A DNA stretch of 64,000 nucleotides from Squalus acanthias (lineage: Eukaryota). Every line of letters starts with the position of its first letter. Within the stretch, counting starts at the first letter, position 1. Made by a program: the position numbers and the translations under genes. Below the pieces are notes generated by a model. It made no database searches. It saw only the letters and a list, made by a program, of their open reading frames with translations, and was not told the DNA's origin. Positions 13,755 through 24,434 of the stretch are shown here, piece by piece. The stretch is from assembly GCA_030390025.1 (NCBI GenBank), contig CM059449.1, positions 21,390,001 to 21,454,000 on the forward strand. Direction: 5' to 3'.

Positions 13755-14261
13755 ATTATTATTAACTCAATTTTCAGAACTGACAGGACAAGTGTGACAA
13801 TAAGAGAGGCAGAGATAAAAAGTGTTGAAGGGCGAGAGACAAATGGAAAGAGAGCAACATATGCAGAGAGAAAGTGAGAGAGCAAAATAGAAATAGATAA
13901 AGAGACAGGGAGAATAGATATTTTATCTTTGGGCTATGGTGTAAAGTGGGTGATATCCAGTTAGCCACTCATAATACATCACGCCCGATTTTCCTTTTGA
14001 TTAGACGGGGAAGTGGGGCGGGGTGTATATTGGAAAACCAATTGGATATTTCCAACTTTACATAAATCCCAAAGTTAAACTTGCCACCAGCGAAGGAGAA
14101 ATAGAAATAAACCGTGATAAATTGGCAAAACAAGATAATGATTAAGAGGCAGGGGTTGGGTGAGAGACAGAGATGGAGAGAGGCAGAAAGCAAGAGGGAT
14201 GGACAGATAATGTAAATTTTGGTGCCAGCTAATATTGATTGATCCTTTTCTATTTCTCCAG

Positions 14262-14806
14262 TTGCTGTCAAACTCAACGAGTCGATGTCGGATTCAAGAT
14301 TCCTGATGAATGCACAGCAGATCAGTAACACATGGGGCGATGACCCCGGGAAGCCCATCAACGCTCAGAAGATGCACCTCGCCACGTTATATTTATTTGG
14401 TCATGAATGGTTCACCTCCGGAAATCATTATTAGCAGGTGCAAGTGGAGAGCGGATCTGTCTGGTTTATGGCTGCATCTGCAGGTTCGTACAGATCGAAG
14501 AAGTGGCTAAGGTCTTTGCGTAGCAGTGGATTATGGACTTTGATGCTGTAGAATGTCGGGAAAGAAAATTAATTGAGGGGGAACTTTGTCAATGCGATCA
14601 ACACTACTGGCCTGCCGAAAATCGGAACGTACCCGGACTTCCATGAAGGGACAGTGACCTTTTCTAATCCCGAAGACGATTCCATAGTCCACTCGACTGA
14701 AGGAACATTCAATGCAAGTCTTATCCTTTCTGCATGTTTTGTATTTCTGAATCAAACTAATTCCAACAATCACCATAACCTAACGTCTCCGACGTTAATT
14801 CATTAG
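14262..14806 (+). pseudogene. B30.2 (PRY/SPRY) terminal exon, left arm, disabled
   Basis: Polypyrimidine tract plus AG at 14260-14261. SPRY motifs FTSGxHY(W>*)xVxV and KIGxYxDFxEGTVTFxN. TAG, TAG and TAA in frame. Confidence 0.9.
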
Positions 14807-16574
14807 ACATATGTATACAGTGCTGTCGTCTGCCATATAGATGAGGACGGTCACCAGATTCCTTGCTTAGATTGGATTGAATTAGCCGTCATCAGCCAGC
14901 TGAGATGGACAGATTAAAAGAGACTGCTTTACCTTTGGTGCTTCCTTAGTTTTGACTGTCAGTGAAAAGTGACATCCCAATGCTGGCCGCTTGTACTTTT
15001 GTGGATCTGTCATTCTGCCCATCAGGATAAGGAATCTGGGTTTGGCAACACAAGCATGGGTGCTACATTCGTTAATCAAATGAAGATCACCAAATGTAAA
15101 AGGGTATTATAACTGGCCACATGCACCAGTGGTAGAAACGGAGAAACTCATCCAGACGTCCAAGGGTTATTTGTATGACTTGGAGAAGCATCCTTAGACC
15201 TCTGGATGATTTTCTTCTAGCTTTGTCTTTAACTATCTCCACCTCTCCGTGTATCTCTTTCCTTCTCCCATACGTTCATTGAACTGAAGCATTATAGAGT
15301 TTTGTTAATAGGGCCAATTTTTCCCCTGATACATGCAGTCGGTGAGCAGCCTCCATCACTGCCTATCTGCAAATTACAGGTGCGCAGCCAAAATATTACA
15401 CCACAAGCTCCGAAAAACAGCCAAAGCGTAGCTCTATGGAGTGACGTTTCAAAGGAAATTGTCAAGACTTACTTCAGGGAAAATAGAGTTCAACTCGATT
15501 CTAATATGTATGTACTTCAGATCTGCATTTTTAGAACGCAATACATTTAAAGATCAATAAATTATAAGAATGAAATACTTTGTTAATCAAAGCCTTCAAA
15601 AACATTGACGAAGACCCTGTAAGGCTATAGATTTTAGGCCTTACAGGATACAGTTGGAGTTATTGGTACTGAATGCTACACATGTTTATATGGCATGTCG
15701 CTGTCTTATATTTTAACGTAGGTCTTAACCCGTTTCTTATAATTTTATTAAAAAGTAGCTGACAGATGATCGACCAGTGAATGCGTTAGACGTCCTTCGA
15801 TAATATCACCGGCATTTTTGGCATTGCACAGTTATGAATGGAACTTGACGGAGGCCCTGTGGCCGGGTGCGTAGCCTACAATTTTCCGACCATTAATGTC
15901 AATAGACAGATCATTACCGGCAAGCCAGCCCTGATTTTCCAATAACTTTCCCGTTGCTTTCAATTTCTTAACAGGGGCCTCGGGAAATCTTCACCTTCTT
16001 CTCACGGGAGACTTAGATTCCTCTCAGTTATACTGGCCTTGACATTACACTGTGTGCGCATTGACATACAAATGCACTGTTATGGAATTCCTCTGTTAAT
16101 CAGTTTAGTCTACCTGTCAGGTGCCTCAGATAAGTAGCTGTCAAAGGACAACCGCATAAAAACATTAAAGGCAAATTGCACAATCAAACAGTCGCAGTGA
16201 TGAACCGCACTTGCATAGAGAATGAGTCAATGAATCACTGCAACAATGTTAATCAAATCCGCCAGTCGGGAAGCTGACTTGATCAGGTATAACGCTAATT
16301 GTAAAACCCTGCACGAATTTGTTCTCCGTTGAAGTCACTGAAGAGCAATATCAGGCGGGCGGCAAATCCAGCGCTCCGCCCGATCGTGTGGGTTTCCCGC
16401 ATGATGAGTTAGGTTAAAACAGTCGTCGCCATCTCCAACCCCTGCTGCCTGTGACCGTACTTTCCCAGTGGGATTACGGAATTGTCCCATTAGTGTTCAT
16501 ATGGTAGTATTTACAACTTATAGGCTCATGGCCTTCTGGATTTATTTTTGGATAGAATGGCAGGTCCATCCACG

Positions 16575-16746
16575 ATTGGAGTAATCAAATGCTGAAAACG
16601 AACAAAATAAATGTTGAGATCTTCCCTGCCTGAGAATTAGTATAAAAAGCGTTGTGTACCTCCAGCTCTCTTTATTTCACTCCGTCGCTGTAGCTGTAGC
16701 CCACCAGCTGTTGAGTGAGTGTGATAGTTTCAGACCTGAGATTCAG
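16575..16746 (+). promoter_or_regulatory. Putative Pol II promoter (inverted CCAAT 16575-16579, TATAAAA 16641-16647) and non-coding first exon ending at the donor 16746|GT
   Basis: The CCAAT box, a 41-bp block and TCAGACCTGAGATTCAG|GTAC are conserved in the inverted copy at 50777-50942. Confidence 0.6.
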
Positions 16747-17269
16747 GTACAAGTTTCCTTCTCGCTGTTTGATATCACATTGAACAATAAGCAGTCTATG
16801 TAGCAACACGATACAATTGCATAATTCGAGGTTTTGTATTGTGCATGAAACGAGAGCATTTAGTTCATAAATTGCTTTGTGCTTATCTTAATAAAAACTG
16901 ATTATTCCGCCTGCAAATGCGTCCTGTGTTGCAAGAAAATTTGGTTGCATGAAACGGATATGAAAGTGAAGCTTGTAGTGGAGCCCGAGCCTAAATATGA
17001 AAACTTCTCTGACATTCATCTTCTACTTTACTCTCTGTACACCAGGCACTGGTTCTGGTATTAATACAATATTGTGGCTGAACGGCTTGTTAAATGTATT
17101 CATCCACAATTCTGCTGAAACCGTTCTTATCCCTGCCTCTGGCGAACATCGGAACACAATCCGGTTGACTCCTGCTTTCATTGTGGCTTCTTCCCTGGTT
17201 CCACATTTGTAATCTTTTATGATGTCACTGATTGAAATACGAACATGCTATGTGGTGAAATATGTATAC

Positions 17270-17702
17270 AACCTGATTCTTACCATTTCATAATAACCAT
17301 CCGGCATTCAATGACAACCATATTACTATTCCATGATAATCACATTACACTGAATGGTAAACATCTTACCATCTCCTGATAACCATCTTACAATATCATG
17401 ATGACCAACTTACATGCAATAGTAACCATCTTTCCAGTTCCTGATAATCATCTTACGCTCAACGGTAAACATCTTACCATACCATGATAATCACTTTATT
17501 TTCGATGCTAGCCATATTACCATCCCATGATAACTGTCTTTAATTTGCGGGAACCATCTTTCTATACCACGATAAACATCTTACACTCAATGTTAACCAA
17601 CTTACCATCATATGATAAGCTTCTTACATTCAATGACATCAAACTTACCACTCCATAGTTATCAATTAACATTGCATGGTAATCACCTCAGAATCCATGG
17701 TA
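17270..17702 (+). repeat. Degenerate minisatellite of mostly alternating 21-bp and 22-bp units (43-bp higher-order repeat)
   Basis: Units resembling TAACCATCTTACATTCAATGG alternate with TAACCATCTTACCATCCCATGA, about 20 units. Confidence 0.85.
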
Positions 17703-18039
17703 CATAATTACATGCGTGTGTCTGTAGGATGTATCATTTCCTCTTCTTTTTCTTCATGTGACACCATGGGTTTACAAAAACATCTTTTTGTGTATTTTGA
17801 GGAATAATTTCTGTTTCTACTGCCCTCTCTGCATTGCTGAGTTCCAGCGCGAAAAAAATGATATCAACTTATTTGGAATAGGAGCACATTTTTCAGACTC
17901 AGGTCCTAATATATCTGCAGCAGACAGATGTGTGTGAAGTCTTTATCTGCTAATATCGCTAACAATACGGTCGAGGTTTATAAAGCTGAACATTAGTGTT
18001 CACCTCAGGAGTTGGAGTTCAGGGACTGCATTCGAGATC

Positions 18040-19100
18040 GTCTCCTGCAACAATACGTCATGGAACCATTCAGATAACAGGCTATTTTAGATCTTATATT
18101 GTGCAATGAGACAGGGTTAGTAATCTCATATTAAGGATCCTCTGAGGAAGAGTGATTATATTATGATAAAATTTCACGTTGAGTTTGAGAGTGAAATACT
18201 TCAGTTAGAAACAATGTTCTTAAACTTAAATAAAGCCAATTACATAAGTACGAGGGGCGAGCTAGCTAACGTAGATTAGGAAATTAGATTGAAAGATATG
18301 ATGATAGATATGCAGTGGCAAACAATTAAAGAAACATTCCAAAATTCTGAACGAAAATACATTCCACTGCGAAATAAGAACTCCATGGGTAAAGTGATAT
18401 AACTAAGGTGATAACTAAAGAAGTTAAAAATAGTATTCATTTAAAAGGAAAGGTTTTACTTTTGTGCAGAATATTAGTAGGCCTGAGGAATGGGAGAGCT
18501 TAAGAAACCAGCAAAGGATTACAAAAAAATGATAAAAACGGGAAAAAATAAGAGTAAACTAGCAAGAAATATAAATACAGGTTGTAAAAGATTCCACAAG
18601 TATGTAAAAAGGAAGAGCGCAGCAAAAGTAAGCCTTGGTCCCTTAGAGGCTAAGGCAGGTGAAACTATAACGGGGAATAAGGAAATGGCAGAGAATTTAA
18701 ACAAATATTTTGCATCTGTCTTCATAGTAGAAGACACACAGCATACAAAAATATTGGGGAGGCAGCGGGTTAATAAGAGTATGGATCGTAAAGTAATTAA
18801 TATCAGTAGAGATAAAGCACTTGAATAAATAATGGGACTAAATGCCGACAATTCCCCTGTACCCGAAGGCCTACATGCTAAGATTCTAAAAGAGGTGGCT
18901 GCAGAAATACTGGTTGTATTGGTTGTGACCTTGCTAATGGTCCTAGATTCTAAAATGGTCCCAGCGGATTGGAAGGTAACAAATGTAACCGCACTATTCA
19001 AGAAAGGAGCGCGACAAAAACAGGGAACTACAAGCGAGTTAGCCTGACATTAGTCGTCGGCGAAATACTGGAATCCATTATTAAGGAAGTGATAAGAGGT
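18040..19100 (+). mobile_element. CR1 LINE ORF2 fragment
   Basis: ORFs 18490-18828 (KRFHKYVKRK...EMAENLNKYFASVF) and 18832-19047 (PEGLHAKILKEVA...VPADWKVTNVTALFKKG). Confidence 0.9.
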
Positions 19101-19169
19101 GAAGTAATTTCTCCTCATCTCAGTCTAAAATGGTAGACCACTTATGCTGAGATTCATGGGTCGATAATA

Positions 19170-21706
19170 ACAGGGCATATTTGTAAGTTGATTGCCAAAA
19201 AGGTCAATACGGTAACCATGGGGGACTTTAAACTACATATTGACTGGGCAAATCGAATTACCACTCATGGTGTGGAGGACGGATTCTTGCAATGCTTGCG
19301 AGATGGCTTCCTGGATTAGTATGTGGAGGAACCAACCAGGGGACAGGCTGTTCTGGATCTGGTACTGTGTAATGAGAAACGGCTAATCAATAATCTTGTG
19401 GTAAAGGGGCCTTTAGGGACAAGTGACCATAATATGATTGAATTTTACATTAAGTTTGAGAGAGATATAGTCCAATCTGAAACTAAGGTCTTCAATCTAA
19501 AAAAAGGAAACTACAAGTGTATGAGGGACAAGTTGGCCATGGTAGATTGGGAGACTACACTAAAAGGTATGAAGGTGGATATACAATGGCTAACATTCAA
19601 GGAAATAATGCATAATTTGTAACAAACATATATTTCTCTAGGGCATAAAAACCCAAAAGGAAAAGTGATCCAACCATGGCTAACAAAATAAATTAAAACT
19701 CTTGTTGAGTCAAAGGAGGAAGCTTATAATGTTGCCAGAAAAAGCGGTCAGCCTGAGCATTGGGATCTTTTTAGAAATCAGCAAAGGGGGACCAAGAAAT
19801 TGATAACGAAAGGGAAAATGGAATATGAGCACAAACTAGCGAAAAACATAAAATCTAATTGTAAAACTTCTATATGTACGTGAAAAGGAAAAGACTGGCG
19901 CAGGTAAATGTAGGTCTTTCACAGTCAGAGACGGGATAATTCATAATGGGGAATGAGGAAATTGCTGAGAAATTAAATAAATACTTTGTTTCTGTCTTCA
20001 CGGAGAAAGACACAAAAAACCTCCCAGAAATACGAGAAACCAAGGTTGTGACGAGAATGAAGAGCTTAAAGAAATTAATATTAGTAAAAAAACAGTACTA
20101 GCAAAATTAATGGGACAAAAAGTCGATATACCCCAAGGACCGGATGACCTACATCCTAGGGTTTTGAAAGAGGTGGCCATTGGAAAAGTGGACGCATTGG
20201 TTGTCATCTTCCAAAATTCTATAGATTCTGGAATGGTTCCTGCAGATTGGAGGATAGCAAATATAACCCCTCTATTTAAGAAAGGAGGGAGAGAGACAAC
20301 GGGAAACTACCGACCTGTTAGCCTCACATCAGCAGTTGGGAAAATGCTGGAAACTATTATAAAGGATGCAATAACTGGGCACTCCGAAACTAATAGTAAG
20401 ATTGGTCAGAGTCAACATGGATTTATGAAAGGGAAATGCTGTTTATCAAACCTATTGGAGTTCTTTGAGTTTGTAATTAGTGGAGTAGACAAAGGGGAAC
20501 CGGTAGATATGGTGTATCTGGATTTTCAGAAGGCCTTCGATAAGGTCCCACACAAGAGGTTGGTGAACAAAATTAGGGCACATGGAATTGCGGGTAATAT
20601 ACTAGCATGGATAGAGAATTGGTTAACAGACAGAAAACAAAGAGTAGGGCTAAACGGATCGATTTTAGGATGGCAGGCAGTGATTGGTGGGGTACCGCAA
20701 AGATCGGTGCTTAGGCCCCAGCTATTCACAATCTATATCAATGATTTGGATGTGGGAACTTTATGTAGCCTTTTGCCTTTTCAAATTTGCTGATGATACA
20801 AAGCTAGTTGGCAGTGTCAGTTGCGAGGAGGATGTGAAGAGGCTTCAAGGGGATCTCGACAGGCTCAGTGACTGGGCGAGAACATGGCAGATGAAATATA
20901 ATGTGGATAAATGTGAAGTTATCCATTTTGGTAGAAAAACAGAACGGCAGCGTATTTCCTAAATGGTGTAAGATTGCAAATGCTCAAAGGGCCCTGGGTG
21001 TCCTTGCACATGAGTCACTGAAAGTGAATGTGCAGGTGCAGCAAGCTATTAGGAAGGCAAATGGTATGCTGGCCTTCATTACGAGAGGATTTGAGTACAG
21101 TAGTAAAGAAGTCTTACTCCAATTATATAGAGCCTTGATGAGACCACACCTGGAGTACTGTGTACAATTTTGGTTTCCTTTCCTAAGGAAGGATATACTT
21201 GCCATAGAGCGAGTGCAACGAAGTTTCACGAGATTTATTCCTGGGTTGGCGGGACTGTCGTATGAGAAGAGATTGAGTCAACTAGGCCTGTATTCTCTTG
21301 AATTCAGAAGAATGAGAGGGGATCTCATTGAAGCATACACAATTATTACAGGGCTTGATAGGATGGATGCTGGGAGAATGTTTCCCTTAGCTGAGGAGTC
21401 TGTAACCAGGGCCACAGCCTCAAGATAAAGGGTAGTTCATTCAGGACTGAGATGAGAAGACATTTCTTCACACAGTTGGTGGTGAATCTTTGGAATTCTC
21501 TACCCCAGACGGCTGTGCAGACTCAGTCATTGAGTATGTTCAAAACAGAAGTCGATAGATTTCTAATATTAACGGCAACAAGGGGTATGGCGATAGGGTC
21601 GGTGAATGGAGTTGACGCAGAAGATCTGCCATGATCTCATTGAATGGCGGAGCAGGATCGAAGGGCCGAATTGCCTACTCCTGTTCCTATTTCTTATGTC
21701 CTTATG
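19170..21706 (+). mobile_element. CR1 LINE, 5'-truncated, EN-RT-3'UTR, frameshifted
   Basis: EEPTRGQAVLDLVLCN; NYRPVSLTS; QHGFMKG; VYLDFQKAFDKVPH; GVPQ; KFADDTKL; RPHLEYCVQFW; 3' tail CCTACTCCTGTTCCTATTTCTTATGTCCTTATGT. Confidence 0.95.
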
Positions 21707-21960
21707 TTAAAAGAACCACAGGTGATACGAGGAAACCCTTTTTATGCAATGAGTTGTTAAGACTCGATAGGATGGTTGAAAAGGAATCAATAGTAGCCTT
21801 CAAAAGGGAATTGGATAAATAATTGAAGGAGAAAAAGGGCAGTGATCTGGGGAAAGACCAGGGAAGTGGGACGAATTAGAGGGTTCTTAGACTCAGCCGT
21901 CACAGACTCGGGCCAAATTGCCTTTTCTCTGTTCGGTACTATTTCATGATTCTATGATTC
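21707..21960 (+). mobile_element. CR1 3' end of a second family with an (ATTCTATG)n-type tail
   Basis: Matches the 3' ends at ~25200-25495, ~26070-26355 and ~52130-52420. Confidence 0.75.
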
Positions 21961-22138
21961 AATTATCGTATATCTGATTCTAGTTTTCTGGTTTCTACCA
22001 TGTAACTACATATATCCAATATGCGTTGGTGCCTTGGCGGTTATTCAATAATTTTACTTTTACATCCCTGCTGATTAACTTTACTAATCATCTATTATAT
22101 GCTGCACGGCATTGCGCGTTTAGCTCCAGTGGGCAATT

Positions 22139-22245
22139 TCAACTGACTATGACCAGGATCACAAGCTGGACGACCACGGGATGAGTTTGCAAGAATGAAG
22201 TTGCGTTTAGGAATGAAATTAGGAGGAGAAGAAATCAGTGTAAAG
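22139..22245 (-). mobile_element. Env-like membrane-proximal/transmembrane remnant of an endogenous retroelement
   Basis: The minus strand at 22216-22139 reads SFLNATSFLQTHPVVVQLVILVIVS*, preceded in another frame by YTDFFS. This resembles the AT...HPVV transmembrane signature I recall from fish retroelement F-like envelope proteins. Confidence 0.45.
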
Positions 22246-22299
22246 ATCATTCATCATTCTTTCGTCCTTCATGAAATCAAATTGTTTTTATCGCAACAT

Positions 22300-23820
22300 C
22301 AATTAATTTGGCTTCTTTTTTTTCCTTTCAAGTTGTATGGATTATTTCTTTGAAGCGGCGCTTTTTCTTATATCACTTTCGAAAGTATTATTAATAATGT
22401 TCCATCCACATACCTTCATGTGGCACTTTGATGTAACAGCCTAGAATAACCCTCTTTTAACATTTAATATTGTTTGTTGAGGGCTGCATTAAAGATTTGT
22501 TCTGTGTTGCAGAGCTTAATTGTTTCTAATATTTCCTCCCAGGATAAACTCTTTATAATTGGAACCCTCCTTGTTGCTTGTTTCTTTGTGCTTTTCAATG
22601 CAATGATAAATAAGCTGCGGACTCATACAGTTCTATTTTTCAGCGTTATATGCTGGCATATGTCCTTAGATTTTCTGATATAATGCTCTTCAAGCGACAC
22701 CCTTCACTAAAATTTTCTGCGTTAAATGTCCATCATGTTTAGCACCAAAAATAGTCTTCAACATAATACCAGAAATTTTCCAGTAGATATTCAGAAATAA
22801 AAAAGACGCGAAAAACCTCGTCCAATAAAGAAATTCAAAGACTGGTGAATTACTAACTCAGTGTGCGGACCTCAGTGTTCAGCATACCTGCCTAATGACA
22901 TTCCAGATAATTCTGCATCCACAACAGCATTGACCATTTCAAGGGTGCAAAGGCTTACGGAATGTTTGGACGTCCCCAGAAACCTGCTCCGTTCTATATT
23001 CTGTACTCGATCATTAATTGCAACCCCAAGTGAAAGCACGTTCGATTTCCTTCGTTAATAACACCAATACTACTGATAAGTTGTCAAAACTTTGAAGATT
23101 CACGCTGCTTTCCATACAGGGAGCAACCTCTTCTCCATCCCCAGCGCCCCACGTAACTATTTTCTTTACCTTGCCAATCAATCCTCACAAGACTAATCGC
23201 CCTGAGAAGGAATTTAGCCTCTGATCTTGCCCCGCTCCTGACTCAGCTGCTGCTTCTCAACTACCACTTCATTGCTCAATGGCACTGCAATAATCAAATG
23301 CACGGTTTATTTTCTGCCATTTTGTCTCACTAAAAAGAACTGCTGTCGTAGCAACATTTATAGATAGGCAACACTGGATTTGTTCGTTGTCTTCAGCTGC
23401 AGACCCATTTTAAAACTAACTTTACTCTCTGATTTATGTAAACGCTCCCTTACCAGTGAACCTTCGTTTCACCTGTTGTTTGGCTATTTGCTTTGATTGT
23501 GCTCTGTCACAGTTCTTTACTGCCTACAAGATTGCGACTTTCCTGGTCATGTAATTGAAGATATCTTTTGCATCTCTGACTGCTGCACTTTGCCTTTGTT
23601 TATACTGCTCCCATGAGGAATTCATCTTACTGCATGGCGTCTCATCGATGGTTGAAATTCGTGGTATTACTTGCTCACATTTAATTTCTTCCCTGAACTA
23701 ATATAGCCAGTTTTTCACCTGTAGTAGCGCCTCCTCCCATGCCTGCATGGTATCCTCAAGCAGGAAATTTCCACAGCATTTATACTTCCAAGATATGCCT
23801 ACTCTTATTGACATCGACAT
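22300..23820 (-). mobile_element. Degraded gag-like coding remnant
   Basis: Long, stop-interrupted, purine-rich minus-strand frame: QAWEEALLQVKNWLY...KVKKIVTWGAGDGEEVAP...SLSWEEILETIKLCN...RNNPYNLKGKKR. It has no counterpart in the duplicated arms. Confidence 0.35.
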
Positions 23821-24434
23821 GTATAGGATCAGCTTCCGTTTATGTTAAATACACCTTCTTTTACGGAACCGCTACCATTTCCTGTCTAGGGCTGCGAATT
23901 GACCTTTCTGAATGCAACCTGTGGTGGAGCAGTGAATGACAGACCGCAACTTCAGGATTTACGCATTAGGCTGCGCATGCGCCAAATCCTGATGTCAGTT
24001 TCAAAGGAGAAATGACGGCGAAAGCTGCAATTTCGCCGTCATCAGGACAGCAAATTCTGGGCTACCAGTTTGGTTTTTCCCGTTATCAGCTTATTCTGAA
24101 TGTAGTGATGAATAACCTCAATACCCTGTATGGCCCTGACCAGATGCATTATATCGAAGTCCATAATAAAGCTATCTATTTCACGTGCGATGTTACATCA
24201 CATTAACACAACCCATACTAAAACTAAACATGACATTCGACATCTGCATCATTCCCCCTTATTAAGCCAGAAGTCTCGGTTTTTCGATCTTTCTGACAAC
24301 CTCCAACGGTCTGATCTGTTCTCTTACATTTCACAATGCTGAAGATATAGGATAAAGGTTGCGAAGATTTACAAATAATTGTCAGCTATTTTTAATCAAA
24401 GGATAAGGTGAATGTCACAGTCTCTACATGCCCA

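Larger units (their letters stand above)
2636..14806 (+). pseudogene. Butyrophilin/BG-like (B30.2-containing) pseudogene, 3' portion. Candidate micro-exons at 2636-2656, 3175-3199, 5670-5690, 6397-6423, ~7362-7388, 11163-11188 and 12096-12122; B30.2 exon at 14262-14806
   Basis: AG/GT-bounded 21-27 nt exons read in phase 1 as EPDGGIH, EINKCKK, ETDEGTK, EEKLKEKE (donor uncertain) and GFRKAMKAK. The terminal exon translates ...LFGHEWFTSGNHY*QVQV...W...GLWTL...PKIGTYPDFHEGTVTFSNPED, with three in-frame stops. Some micro-exons are frameshifted or contain stops. Confidence 0.75.
10120..17930 (+). repeat. Left arm of a large inverted segmental duplication
   Basis: Reverse-complement collinearity with 47430-63865, anchored at the micro-exons, MITE 13561/60070, the B30.2 exon, the promoter and the minisatellite. 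Confidence 0.9.

Noticed and set aside
13564-13797. ORF similar to ORF 60039-60251, suggesting a conserved small protein
   Set aside because: The similarity is explained by a paralogous hairpin MITE in the two duplication arms; there is no coding signature.
16390-16400. NF-kB-like site GGGTTTCCC upstream of the promoter
   Set aside because: It lies within a hairpin repeat and is not exactly conserved in the other arm.
17270-17702. CRISPR-like periodic array
   Set aside because: The units are contiguous with no unique spacers, the context is eukaryotic, and there are no cas genes.
23865-24070. TGGTAGC as a tRNA-iMet primer-binding site for the putative ERV
   Set aside because: The match is only 7 nt, and one occurrence is created by a MITE junction.
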